DNA of 64,000 nucleotides from IMG/VR virus record IMGVR_UViG_3300011008_000010, positions 1 through 64,000 of that record; one strand, given 5' to 3'. The position numbers were made by a program, and so were the translations under genes. This document shows, in pieces, positions 20,230 through 29,608 of the stretch. Within the stretch, counting starts at the first letter, position 1, and every line of letters starts with the position of its first letter. The stretch comes from a virus. Lineage: Duplodnaviria > Caudoviricetes. The notes beneath the pieces were generated by a model. The model did no database searches, had not been told where the DNA came from, and saw only the letters and a program-made list of their open reading frames with translations.

Positions 20230-20469
20230 TTATGCCTCCTTTCCACCATAGATACCATATGCCCATTCATACATTTCGATTTCATGTTTGTTGGAAAGCT
20301 CAGCCAAGATGTATGTATTATCGCCTACATATTCGACCCATGATTTCCACGCTTCGTTATCAGGATCGAAAATGTTTTCCGTATTGTAAGTTTCCTTTTT
20401 ATATGCTTCATTAATCACATTGACATTCGTTAATGTTCCAGGCAATTTACAAAATCTTACGTATGCCAT
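20230..20469 (-). CDS. early hypothetical protein
   Basis: AGGAGGT RBS. Confidence 0.7.
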   Translation of the reverse strand: MAYVRFCKLPGTLTNVNVINEAYKKETYNTENIFDPDNEAWKSWVEYVGDNTYILAELSNKHEIEMYEWAYGIYGGKEA

Positions 20470-20470
20470 A

Positions 20471-20746
20471 TCACACCTCCTGTAAAATAGATTCATAGAA
20501 CAATTTGTCTTCGTAGTAATGCTTATCGTACTTATCAACGAAGTCACTCCAATGAAATCCGTGTCTCTTCAAGAATTCCATTTCCTCTTTCGTTTCAAAA
20601 TCGCAACTTGAATGCCAGTCTGCCAGAATTCCCCAGGCATATTCGTCTTTAGAACTAAGAGACGCAACCTCGTTAAACTCTGCCATTTCTTTTTCAAAAT
20701 ACCTACTCAAACCACGATCCGGCAAGTTTCTATCAATCATATTCAT
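20471..20746 (-). CDS. early hypothetical protein
   Basis: AAGGAGG RBS. Confidence 0.7.
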   Translation of the reverse strand: MNMIDRNLPDRGLSRYFEKEMAEFNEVASLSSKDEYAWGILADWHSSCDFETKEEMEFLKRHGFHWSDFVDKYDKHYYEDKLFYESILQEV

Positions 20747-21135
20747 ATCAAAGCCTCCTTCCCATATTTCGTTCTTAAATCCGGGCAAGGAAAATCACCC
20801 CACCAATCAACAGACGGCGATTCATAATCTTCGTCTTCTTCGGAAACATTATTTGGATCTGCAATTTCATACAGATAATCTTCTATTTCTTCGCAAATGC
20901 AGTGCTCCTGAAATAGTTCATAAATCGAAGCACATACCGCCCTAGGCGACCATCCATCTTTCAGTGCGGCTCTGACCATCGGTTCATAAAACTGTTTTTC
21001 AAATTCAAATGCAGTTTCATTATCAATGTCATGACTTGCTCCGCATTCAGAACAAACTCTGTGATAGCCGAGATCGTCGTTATAAATGCGATCCAACTCT
21101 GTTTCTTTATTGCAATTCCAACAATATAATTTCAT
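20743..21135 (-). CDS. zinc-ribbon acidic protein
   Basis: CWNC...CSECG. Confidence 0.75.
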   Translation of the reverse strand: MKLYCWNCNKETELDRIYNDDLGYHRVCSECGASHDIDNETAFEFEKQFYEPMVRAALKDGWSPRAVCASIYELFQEHCICEEIEDYLYEIADPNNVSEEDEDYESPSVDWWGDFPCPDLRTKYGKEALI

Positions 21136-21315
21136 TTATTTATTCCTCCTTTCTATACCCATTTATCAAACTAACCATATTAACTGCGTCGTCAACAGGA
21201 ATTAAAATTTCCTTTTTACCATCAGTTTCGCATCCATCTCTTACAGCGGAAATACAAATCTTAATATGATTCGGTTGCATTCTGATAAACGCCTTTAAAT
21301 AATCAATAAAGTCTT

Positions 21316-21627
21316 TCATTCCTTCACCTCCTGATAATAGAACTCTTCTGTGCTATAAAACTTCAAGTCGCCCAGTCCAAATTTTTCATCGGCGATTACA
21401 ACATTTTCTTCTTCCGAATTTCCTACGACATCATATGCACAATCCCCAAAATCAAAAAATGTAACAGCCATCACTTTTTCAGGAAGATGTTGAACTTCTA
21501 TATCGGGTTCGTCGTCATTTACAAATTGTAAAGCCCCATATTCTTTACAAAAAGGACAATGTTCAATTCCAATAGAACCGTACATTTTCTTTTCGCAATT
21601 TCCACAAAAAACATGATCCACAATCAT
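21316..21627 (-). CDS. zinc-ribbon protein
   Basis: CGNC...CPFC. Confidence 0.75.
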   Translation of the reverse strand: MIVDHVFCGNCEKKMYGSIGIEHCPFCKEYGALQFVNDDEPDIEVQHLPEKVMAVTFFDFGDCAYDVVGNSEEENVVIADEKFGLGDLKFYSTEEFYYQEVKE

Positions 21628-21664
21628 ATTCACACCTCCTTTAGTTTGCAATTATTTATCTTCC

Positions 21665-22102
21665 TTATGCCAATAGAACAACATCTTCTGGATTATCATT
21701 GTCATGAAACAGATCGTATCTAGCAGCTTCTTTTATGGATCCTAAATCAGAATCGAAACCCCACCATAAAGCATGGTATCCGTTGATCTCATCGTCCTGT
21801 GAAATTAACACTTTCTTATCTCCAAGACCTTTTGCGATTAGTGTGTCGCATTCTACTTTTAAATCCTGTACCGTTAATTGCTTCATTTCTTTTTCCTCCT
21901 TTGCGTTTTCAAAGAACTGACGAATTTCGTCTTCTTCGATTCCAATATCATCGACAAGAAATATAATTGTATTTATAATCTCATGATCCGCTGCATTTTG
22001 TTTAATCGCATATTCAATTGCGTTTACCACAAGACGCCTTGATGTACCATCTAAAGTAAAGTTTTCGTAAATATAATCAATTAATGCGTTCTTGTTCAAC
22101 AT
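21665..22102 (-). CDS. early hypothetical protein
   Basis: AAGGAGG RBS; looks like two fused modules. Confidence 0.7.
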   Translation of the reverse strand: MLNKNALIDYIYENFTLDGTSRRLVVNAIEYAIKQNAADHEIINTIIFLVDDIGIEEDEIRQFFENAKEEKEMKQLTVQDLKVECDTLIAKGLGDKKVLISQDDEINGYHALWWGFDSDLGSIKEAARYDLFHDNDNPEDVVLLA

Positions 22103-22197
22103 TTGGATTCCTCCTTAGTCAAAAGCCAATTGCAAACTACGATCTTTTCTTCCATTATCATTCTCCTTTCGCTATAACAAATTATTGTTTGTTTCAA

Positions 22198-22497
22198 TCA
22201 ACCAAAATTATCAACAATATATCTGTCGAATTCCTCATCTGAATATGTTTTTAAAACTTCTTCCGGAACATAGCAGAAGATTTGTTCGTCCAATTTCTTC
22301 GCTTCTTCGTCTGCGAACTGGCTACAATCGTATTTATTAAGCAAATAATTATCTTCAAATTCTTCTGTTGCAATCATTCTTTTTCCATGCGTGTCTTCGT
22401 TATACGGAAAGATATTCGCCTTTACAAATCTCACCGGAAATTCATATCCGTGATACCAAACAACATCGAAGTTATTGCTTTTTGTTTTAGTTTTCAT
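22198..22497 (-). CDS. early hypothetical protein
   Basis: GAGGAGG RBS. Confidence 0.7.
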   Translation of the reverse strand: MKTKTKSNNFDVVWYHGYEFPVRFVKANIFPYNEDTHGKRMIATEEFEDNYLLNKYDCSQFADEEAKKLDEQIFCYVPEEVLKTYSDEEFDRYIVDNFG

Positions 22498-22711
22498 TTC
22501 TTTTTTCCTCCTCAATTTGATCTGCTATCAATGTTGCCCATTCATAAAGCAAAGTCCCAATTTCAGAATCAAATTCTGGATGTTCGTCTGGCGAAAAGGG
22601 TTTTACTACTGAGTTCCTAATAGAAGATTCTGGATCGTAAACCTCAACCGAAATATTAGATAGATCTTCATCAATGGTAATCATAAGATCAAGCGTTTTA
22701 TTCATTTCCAC
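22487..22711 (-). CDS. early hypothetical protein
   Basis: GAAAGGAG RBS. Confidence 0.7.
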   Translation of the reverse strand: MEMNKTLDLMITIDEDLSNISVEVYDPESSIRNSVVKPFSPDEHPEFDSEIGTLLYEWATLIADQIEEEKRNEN

Positions 22712-22782
22712 ACTCCTTTCTGTCTTCTAAAATTATTCCAATTTTGTTCTTAAGCGAATTTCGTAGTACATATTCTACCCTC

Positions 22783-23004
22783 CTATTCTTTTCCATAGAG
22801 CAAATCGTCAATGCTTTTCTTCGGAGGGATTTCAATATTGCCATTCTCGTCAATAATTTCCGTTACCCAATAAAGATTGTCCTCAACGTCATTTGGATCA
22901 AGTTCGTTGGCAGCCATCTCCAAAGCGTCTTCTTCTGTCTCGGCTTCAAACTCGCCAACGTCAAACAAAATCTGTCTCATTAGAATTTTATACGTTTTAG
23001 CCAT
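22783..23004 (-). CDS. small acidic early protein
   Basis: FEAETEEDALE.A motif; RBS. Confidence 0.7.
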   Translation of the reverse strand: MAKTYKILMRQILFDVGEFEAETEEDALEMAANELDPNDVEDNLYWVTEIIDENGNIEIPPKKSIDDLLYGKE

Positions 23005-23019
23005 TTTTCTTTTCTCCTT

Positions 23020-23307
23020 TCAATTTAAATCACCGATCACAGTTCTCGCATACATTCCATAGAACAACGCGAGATTCTCTCTCTTTTCATATTCTTGAAT
23101 CTTCGTACAACATCCATAGCTATACACATCCCCATCGGCAACATCGTAATATACTTCTTCTTCGTCGTCGTTATTTGCATCATAAAAATAAATCCTAACC
23201 CCTTTGATTCGAATCACGTTGTCTTTTACGCAAAAAGAATCTGGCATTTCATCTGCAAGGTTACTGATGTGATGCACGTTTTCAAGATGTAATTCTTGTC
23301 TTCCCAT
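23020..23307 (-). CDS. early hypothetical protein
   Basis: GAAAGGAG RBS. Confidence 0.7.
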   Translation of the reverse strand: MGRQELHLENVHHISNLADEMPDSFCVKDNVIRIKGVRIYFYDANNDDEEEVYYDVADGDVYSYGCCTKIQEYEKRENLALFYGMYARTVIGDLN

Positions 23308-23323
23308 TTTTAATTCTCCTTTC

Positions 23324-23821
23324 TCAATGTAATCTCGCAAACCCATAGGAAATATTCAGTCTGCCGTTGTCCGTTTCCTCTACAAAGAGTTTCAATTCAT
23401 AAATTGCTCTGTAAAATTCAATTGGTGTTCCCTGCATCAGCCTGGACTCTATAAAGGAGTTATAATCTACGCCGTCCTGTCTAAATCCAAACAGAAAACT
23501 GATTTCTTTTTTCTTTTCGCCATCCAGAAACTCAAGTGGATTATCTAATACGCGGTGTTTGACTTCTTCAATGTCTACAATAATGTCGCTTGCATAACGC
23601 TCACACCACCGTCCTGCATTCTGCACCAGAATTGTATATTCTGTAGACAAATTCGATTCAAAAATACGTTCCAATTTCTGCTTTCCATATGTAGTTTCAT
23701 CTGCTAATTCCTTATAAATATGATAAGAACAAAGCTCGTTAATCTTTTCAAAATCTCCATAGACTTCAACGGCTTCAGGCACTTGCATTAAACTCTTTTT
23801 AACTCTGATTGATCTTTGCAT
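23324..23821 (-). CDS. early hypothetical protein
   Basis: GAAAGGA RBS. Confidence 0.7.
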   Translation of the reverse strand: MQRSIRVKKSLMQVPEAVEVYGDFEKINELCSYHIYKELADETTYGKQKLERIFESNLSTEYTILVQNAGRWCERYASDIIVDIEEVKHRVLDNPLEFLDGEKKKEISFLFGFRQDGVDYNSFIESRLMQGTPIEFYRAIYELKLFVEETDNGRLNISYGFARLH

Positions 23822-23867
23822 TTTTTCCCATCCTTTCTGGCTTCCGAGAACCACATCACTCTGTCAT

Positions 23868-23896
23868 TTGACGGTTCCCGGAAACCGTGCTATACT
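23868..23896 (+). promoter_or_regulatory. antisense sigmaA promoter within the early region
   Basis: TTGACG-17 nt-(TG)TATACT on + strand; spacer carries the ACGGTT..AACCGT dyad. Confidence 0.7.
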
Positions 23897-23900
23897 TTAG

Positions 23901-24044
23901 TTACTCAGAAACGGCGTTGGCATTTTCGATCTCTCTAATGGTTTCAGTCAATTCGTGGTCGTCACAACTCGATTTGAATTCGCCATTGTAGTAGATCATC
24001 CAGTGTCCTTCGCCGTTTTCGATTTTCCAAACTCTTTTAATCAT
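23901..24044 (-). CDS. 47-aa early protein (below ORF cutoff)
   Basis: GAAAGGAG RBS; MIKRVWKIENGEGHWMIYYNGEFKSSCD... Confidence 0.7.
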   Translation of the reverse strand: MIKRVWKIENGEGHWMIYYNGEFKSSCDDHELTETIREIENANAVSE

Positions 24045-24089
24045 TCGTTTCTCCTTTCCAGTTTGAAAATCGGTTTATATGTATCCTCC

Positions 24090-24380
24090 TTACGGTTGAG
24101 TGATGCCTGATTGCTGATATTTTTTGGCTCTCTCTGTCAACCAATCAGCCATTTCTTTTGCCTCTCGCTCTCTATCCCTTTCAATCGGATAAGCAAATGG
24201 GATTTCATACCAAGGATCGTTATCAATCTGATCTCTGAAAGTTGTTACAAGGTTTCGGAAATCATAATTCTGAACCAGATTTTTGCTGATCGTGTTCATT
24301 CTCAAATACAAATCCGATTCGTGATGATCAATATCCTTTGCGTCCATTTTCTCAACTGCAAGCTCATAAATGTTCATCAT
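24090..24380 (-). CDS. early hypothetical protein
   Basis: IDHHESDLY...WYEIPFAY. Confidence 0.75.
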   Translation of the reverse strand: MMNIYELAVEKMDAKDIDHHESDLYLRMNTISKNLVQNYDFRNLVTTFRDQIDNDPWYEIPFAYPIERDREREAKEMADWLTERAKKYQQSGITQP

Positions 24381-24408
24381 GATTATTTATCTCCTTTCGT
24401 TTGTTTGT

Positions 24409-24768
24409 TTACCAATTTAAAGCAACTGTTTCGCCATCAAACTGGTTAAAGGCTTTACGCCCATCTTCGTCTACAAGATACATACGAATTGCATATCCTC
24501 TCGGATCATAGTTAATATAGCTATTGCAGCCTACATATTCACGAAGCAAGTCCCTTGCCAATTTTGATTTTCGTTCTCGGTTTTGAGATTGTTCTTCAGA
24601 AAGCTCATAATTACAAGCGTCACAGTTTAATCTACCAATCGTTGTATCTAATCTGTGCAGCCGCTTTGCAAGTCCAAAGAAATCATATTCCGGTTTTCCA
24701 TTTGCTTTTGCAGTTGCCCTTAGACATTTCACCACATATTCATAATTTTTTCTACTCTCATTCGTCAT
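24409..24768 (-). CDS. early hypothetical protein
   Basis: DPRGY motif; RBS. Confidence 0.75.
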   Translation of the reverse strand: MTNESRKNYEYVVKCLRATAKANGKPEYDFFGLAKRLHRLDTTIGRLNCDACNYELSEEQSQNRERKSKLARDLLREYVGCNSYINYDPRGYAIRMYLVDEDGRKAFNQFDGETVALNW

Positions 24769-24783
24769 GCATGCGCTCTCCTT

Positions 24784-24966
24784 TCAATCTGTTTCCTCCT
24801 GTGCCGCCCATTCACGTCCTTTCTTTTCATCGTCTGTAATGTCGCACATCAAATGCATCTTGCTGCCTTTGCGAAATCTCACCGCATAACCGGCATCAGT
24901 AACGATATTAATAAATCCTACAAGGTCACGTTCCAATGGCTTACGTAATTTAATTGATGCTGTCAT
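24784..24966 (-). CDS. early hypothetical protein
   Basis: AAGGAGGT RBS. Confidence 0.65.
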   Translation of the reverse strand: MTASIKLRKPLERDLVGFINIVTDAGYAVRFRKGSKMHLMCDITDDEKKGREWAAQEETD

Positions 24967-25003
24967 TCTGCACCTCCTTTCAAAACCAAAACCGCTTAAA
25001 GAT

Positions 25004-25330
25004 TTAAACCTCAACTTGCTCGTTACGAATCATCCTCGATTCTAAAATTAAATCCTCTTTCCAACTTTCGTTGTGAATCATGGCTCCTGTTATGGCCTTC
25101 AATGCACCGTATAAGAATCCGTTTACGGCTTCAATACTATCCAACTGACATACATACTCTCTAAAATCGTCTTTGCTATTTTGGGGTACGATGTAAAAGT
25201 ACCTTGGAGCATATACGGCTTTAAAAGTTTTGATTTCATAATCTGGAAAATGAACCGTGAATGCCTTTAAAGTTGTGCTATGCAGCTTTGAAAGTTGTTT
25301 CTCATTTATAGTATCCATCACGTTTCCCAT
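25004..25330 (-). CDS. early hypothetical protein
   Basis: AAGGAGGT RBS. Confidence 0.7.
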   Translation of the reverse strand: MGNVMDTINEKQLSKLHSTTLKAFTVHFPDYEIKTFKAVYAPRYFYIVPQNSKDDFREYVCQLDSIEAVNGFLYGALKAITGAMIHNESWKEDLILESRMIRNEQVEV

Positions 25331-25341
25331 TTTGCACCTCC

Positions 25342-25779
25342 TTATGCAAATTGTTTTATGTACCACTCTTCTGTTTCGATTTTCTTATTCAAATACCGCT
25401 CTTCGCTTTCAAACAGCTTAATTGATGTATCGCCCTCACAATATGTATAAATCATCATCTGTTCATCGTCATATGCCCACCATGAATAACCGTTATTTCC
25501 TTCTCCCATTTCCATTCCTAAAAGAGCGATTTCATCATAGGGATGATAGCTTCTGCTAAACAACAAGTACTCACCTTCTTCAGATTCGGCTTCTTCATTA
25601 AACCATTTGTCGATTCTGGTTTTATTTTCCGGTTTAATTTTTGTAAACCGCTCCAGATCCAGAGGTATGATTTCAATTTCGTCTGCCTCTCCGGAAGTGA
25701 TTCTGGAAACATCTTCTCGAATCCAATTCCAATATTCGTTTCTCGTCATTCTCGGTTTTGCCATCGCTGCCGTACTCAT
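25342..25779 (-). CDS. early hypothetical protein
   Basis: YTYCEGD motif; RBS. Confidence 0.75.
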   Translation of the reverse strand: MSTAAMAKPRMTRNEYWNWIREDVSRITSGEADEIEIIPLDLERFTKIKPENKTRIDKWFNEEAESEEGEYLLFSRSYHPYDEIALLGMEMGEGNNGYSWWAYDDEQMMIYTYCEGDTSIKLFESEERYLNKKIETEEWYIKQFA

Positions 25780-25948
25780 ATGTCGTTCTCCTTTCGATTT
25801 TCATCAATATCACCAATAGTTACTTTGCTCAAATACCATTCGGGATGCCGTTTAAGAAGCTCTTCCAATTCTTCTTCCGAATATCCGACCGGATAAGCTG
25901 TTATCCTTTTTGTAAATTTTTCCCTGTAGCACAATTCCGTTTGCATAA

Positions 25949-26143
25949 TCATGCCTCCTTTGCAGTTTCAAGTTTTACTCTGCGTTTCACAATTCTGTGT
26001 AAATATTGCAGTTCGTTTTCTTCGTAGCACCTCAACTGTGCTTTCGCCTCCCTCCATGTTTCTTCTGTACAAAGTACATCCCATCCATATCCATAATTGC
26101 CTTGGATTTCATATTCGTCTTTCGTTTTTCTTACGTAACTCAT
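25949..26143 (-). CDS. early hypothetical protein
   Basis: QGNYGYGW..EA...L..Y.ENE, a common phage early-protein pattern. Confidence 0.75.
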   Translation of the reverse strand: MSYVRKTKDEYEIQGNYGYGWDVLCTEETWREAKAQLRCYEENELQYLHRIVKRRVKLETAKEA

Positions 26144-26442
26144 TTCTCAAACCTCCTTTCAATACATGCAGCGCACTGGCATCTGTTTGCTAATTCTGTT
26201 TCTAATTCGGATTTGTGATTATAAGACAAAATATCGATGTTATATTTCGCACTTCCGAAACATTCCACACGATCATATTTACCCCAGTATCCAAGTCTTC
26301 TCATTCCTACAACGCTTCCGGTTACATCTATGTCTGGATGTACTGTATACCTGCATCCTGTCGAACCATCATCTACATATGCAATTCCGGTTTTCTTATT
26401 GATTTTGATTTTTTCGATCAGTTTTGGATTTGGTTTGTACAT
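26140..26442 (-). CDS. early hypothetical protein
   Basis: HPDI..TGSV.GM...GYWG, C-terminal CxCxxC. Confidence 0.75.
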   Translation of the reverse strand: MYKPNPKLIEKIKINKKTGIAYVDDGSTGCRYTVHPDIDVTGSVVGMRRLGYWGKYDRVECFGSAKYNIDILSYNHKSELETELANRCQCAACIERRFEK

Positions 26443-26469
26443 TTCAATCTCCTTTCTAATTTTCGAGTT

Positions 26470-26793
26470 TCATACAAACGGTAACGCTTCGCCCTGTGAT
26501 CTTGCGTCATAATCGTCTACAAGCCGCTTTGCTTTTCGGTATTCGTTCATGTCTGGAGAATCCATATATTTAACCCACCAATCATATGCGTCTTCTAATT
26601 TCGAATACCAAACTCGCATCGAATAACCATCTATGCAAAGCGAATCCCGATCATAAATTTCATATCTGGTATTCATATACGGTCCGATTCCTTTAAAAAG
26701 AAATCTTTTTTCGTCCGGATGAACATACAAAACGTTGTCACGCAAGGTTTCAGATTTAAGAAATTTTTTTAAAAGAGTTTTTTGTTTTCCCAT
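26470..26793 (-). CDS. early hypothetical protein
   Basis: RBS, packed. Confidence 0.7.
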   Translation of the reverse strand: MGKQKTLLKKFLKSETLRDNVLYVHPDEKRFLFKGIGPYMNTRYEIYDRDSLCIDGYSMRVWYSKLEDAYDWWVKYMDSPDMNEYRKAKRLVDDYDARSQGEALPFV

Positions 26794-26805
26794 GACGTTT
26801 TCCTT

Positions 26806-27114
26806 TCACATTTTAAATACAAACTTCGTCATCACATCGTATATCAAACCCATTGCATTGTCTCCGGAAACGACCACATCATAATAGCCACTATTTCCGT
26901 TTCCGTCTTTAAAAATTGGTCTTACAAAATCTTCTGTCGCTACTCCGTTGTGGATAAACTTTGACATGTCTCCTTCGCATTTTGTGCCTTTGGGAATGAA
27001 TTCCATCTTTATAACCGAATTGTATCTATCATCACCCAAATTACTTGTGAGTCTGATTAGATTGAGAATTGCGTCGCACACCTCTTGTTTGTTTTCTATA
27101 AACTCATTGTACAT
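26806..27114 (-). CDS. early hypothetical protein
   Basis: RBS, packed. Confidence 0.7.
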   Translation of the reverse strand: MYNEFIENKQEVCDAILNLIRLTSNLGDDRYNSVIKMEFIPKGTKCEGDMSKFIHNGVATEDFVRPIFKDGNGNSGYYDVVVSGDNAMGLIYDVMTKFVFKM

Positions 27115-27128
27115 TTTGATTTCTCCTT

Positions 27129-27389
27129 TTAAATTTCAACTTCGGTTTCAAAATACGCTTTGTCATGTAGCCAATAAGGATTACTGTTTACAATTTCTGT
27201 TACCAGTTTCTCTTCCGCATCAAAGTCTCTCAGAAAAGTTTTGAAGTTATTAATCGGCGGTATGTTATTAATCTGGTTTCTAACTTCAATCGGCGGGTCT
27301 ATATACAAATCCTTTTCCGAATCGTAAACCCACCACTGTCTTGTGTTTGGACCAAACATAACTTCATATCGATCATTCATTTTAATCAT
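27129..27389 (-). CDS. early hypothetical protein
   Basis: GAGGAGG RBS. Confidence 0.7.
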   Translation of the reverse strand: MIKMNDRYEVMFGPNTRQWWVYDSEKDLYIDPPIEVRNQINNIPPINNFKTFLRDFDAEEKLVTEIVNSNPYWLHDKAYFETEVEI

Positions 27390-27546
27390 CCTCCTCAGTT
27401 TCCTCTGGTAAACTCGCAAACGCAATCGGTACAAAGTCCCGATCCCAATTTAGTTCTGCCGGACTTTTAATGTGATATGCGTCCATGATTCTTTTCTGCG
27501 CTTCCTCCGTCAGATCGGTAAAATAAATTTCAAACATGCCTTCCAT
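27382..27546 (-). CDS. early hypothetical protein
   Basis: FEIYFTDLTEEAQ...NWD..PIA. Confidence 0.7.
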   Translation of the reverse strand: MEGMFEIYFTDLTEEAQKRIMDAYHIKSPAELNWDRDFVPIAFASLPEETEEDD

Positions 27547-27560
27547 TTTGTGATCTCCTT

Positions 27561-28148
27561 TCAAATTTTAATTGGTTCGTCGGCAAATCCACAGGAATGT
27601 GTTTTACAAAACTCTACTGACCAATCTTCACGATCTACTAAAATTGTTGCAAAATCCGAAAGCAAAAACCCCTTTTTTGCAGCGTCAATCATGAAGTCAT
27701 ATTCATCAAATCCTTCCTGGAGATATTCACTCATCATTTCGTTAAGCAAGAGGCTTCTGCGAATCTGATTCCAATTTTCAATTAGCCAATCAAAATCAGT
27801 TTCGCAAACGTTACTCACTTCTGAATCCCAAATGATTTCAGAATCGTCGTTATAAGGCATATCCCAATCAATATCATAATCGCATTGCATGATATTGTTT
27901 TTAGATTGGAAACCAACTTTTGCGCATAGAGAATAACCGTCTATAGTGTCGGGATCATCTTTGTCAAAACCGTTTTGCCATGCAACTACAATTGCGTAAT
28001 CGTTTCCACCTATTCTTTCAAGGTTCAAAATCCATGTGCCCAGCAACTGCTCATCGCTTGGCGTTTCCTTCTTTGCTGATTTAATAATCGCTTCAAAATC
28101 GGCTTTGTATTTTGCAATTTGTTCTGGTTCGAGATTTACATTTTTCAT
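27561..28148 (-). CDS. early acidic hypothetical protein
   Basis: 195 aa, MQCDYDIDWDMPY. Confidence 0.75.
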   Translation of the reverse strand: MKNVNLEPEQIAKYKADFEAIIKSAKKETPSDEQLLGTWILNLERIGGNDYAIVVAWQNGFDKDDPDTIDGYSLCAKVGFQSKNNIMQCDYDIDWDMPYNDDSEIIWDSEVSNVCETDFDWLIENWNQIRRSLLLNEMMSEYLQEGFDEYDFMIDAAKKGFLLSDFATILVDREDWSVEFCKTHSCGFADEPIKI

Positions 28149-28186
28149 GTGCGTATTCTCCTTTCGTGTGTGGTGTGTGATTTGAT

Positions 28187-28453
28187 TTACAAATTGGTAC
28201 GCATGATTTCATCTAAATAATATCTACGATTTAACTTTATAAAATACACCCTACTGTCTTTCTTTTCTGATCTGGGTTTTGTATATTGGATTTTGGATTC
28301 GGAAAAGTTTTTTCGACCATTCCCAAAATCAAAGCATGTTACAACGCTATCGTCGATTCCGTATTTAATATCTAAAACCACCAAACCTCCGAAGTTGCTC
28401 ATGACATAAACGCCAATCGGTTCTGTTTCTGCATATTCTTTTGCTAAACTCAT
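28187..28453 (-). CDS. early hypothetical protein
   Basis: RYYLDEIMR motif; RBS. Confidence 0.75.
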   Translation of the reverse strand: MSLAKEYAETEPIGVYVMSNFGGLVVLDIKYGIDDSVVTCFDFGNGRKNFSESKIQYTKPRSEKKDSRVYFIKLNRRYYLDEIMRTNL

Positions 28454-28468
28454 TTTATTTTTCTCCTT

Positions 28469-28732
28469 TCAATCCAGAATATAAGATGCCACCTGTTCGT
28501 TTGCCCAACGTCTTTGCTTTTCAGCAATATATTCCTCACTAATCTCTTCAGCATAGAATTTGCATTTGTAATATGGATGTCCTTCCCATTCTTTGTCTGA
28601 AAAATTGCTTTCCATATCGTTCGCTCGTTTTATTGCTTCTTCTCTGTTATCAAAATAATCCCATTCTTTTTCCCAACACATATCCTCATCATAAGACGGA
28701 TAACATTTTCTAAATACAGTCCAGTAAGTCAT
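28469..28732 (-). CDS. early hypothetical protein
   Basis: RBS, packed. Confidence 0.7.
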   Translation of the reverse strand: MTYWTVFRKCYPSYDEDMCWEKEWDYFDNREEAIKRANDMESNFSDKEWEGHPYYKCKFYAEEISEEYIAEKQRRWANEQVASYILD

Positions 28733-28891
28733 TTTGCATTCTCCTTTTCATATACGATTTCCGCTGCGGTTTCCATATGCAGAATCATTTCTTCGATGTC
28801 GTCATAAGATAGCTCGTTCTCATATAATTTGCTGTTCACTTTCACTTCGTAACACCGATCATCGTTGGACTTTGGATTTCAAATATACGAT

Positions 28892-29215
28892 TCATTTGTC
28901 ATCCTCCTTATCTCCACTACAAACTCCGTTGCAGAAAAGTCCTCCGGATTTATATGCGCTTGCCATTCTCCGCAGGAAGCACCGCATAAGTTCTTTGAAA
29001 TCATCATCATCTTCGCAATAGATTTCTAAATCCTCGTCAGAAACTTTTTCTTGCCAGTAATCAATATCTCCATCTGCAACTCCGCCCATAAACCAACCCA
29101 TAAGCACGTCTTCGTTATTGATCTGGCGACATATAAACTCCATTGCTTTTACCATCATGAAACGTTCTTTTGGATTTGTTTTAATCAAACCGCCAAAGTA
29201 TTCTTTAATTTCCAT
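28892..29215 (-). CDS. early hypothetical protein
   Basis: W...GVADGD motif; RBS. Confidence 0.7.
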   Translation of the reverse strand: MEIKEYFGGLIKTNPKERFMMVKAMEFICRQINNEDVLMGWFMGGVADGDIDYWQEKVSDEDLEIYCEDDDDFKELMRCFLRRMASAYKSGGLFCNGVCSGDKEDDK

Positions 29216-29229
29216 TTCGGATTCTCCTT

Positions 29230-29496
29230 TCAAAACAAACATTCATATAAGGTCATGCCTTCTTCTTCACACCACTCGCATTTCATAGACCCGTCCGGCT
29301 CTTCAAAGGCTTCGTCGCCGACAAAAACTTTTTCTCCCCTGGATTTAATTGCGTCTATGCAATTCTTACAAAGGTATATGGTTTTGAATTTTATTTCCAT
29401 ATTTGACTCTCCTTTCGGTTCTATGAATTTGATTCCGCTTTCGTTTGTGATTTCATAAAACTCTATAACCCCATAATCTTCGAGAATGTTTTCCAT
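29230..29496 (-). CDS. Cys-motif early protein
   Basis: LCKNCIDAIKSRGE...CEWC. Confidence 0.7.
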   Translation of the reverse strand: MENILEDYGVIEFYEITNESGIKFIEPKGESNMEIKFKTIYLCKNCIDAIKSRGEKVFVGDEAFEEPDGSMKCEWCEEEGMTLYECLF

Positions 29497-29608
29497 TTTC
29501 GTTTCTCCTATTTTGTTTTGTCTTCGTTTTTCATTTCGGTTTCGTCTTTGAGGGTGCAAGGCGAATCCTCACACCCTCGCAGACTTCATATGCACGACAA
29601 AGGGAAAG

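Noticed and set aside
29528-29600. Hammerhead-like arrangement on minus strand (ATGAA GTCT...AGAC GAAAC) around a 12-bp hairpin
   Set aside because: Core CUGANGA is CAUAUGAA and stems I and III are not evident; more likely a plain processing hairpin
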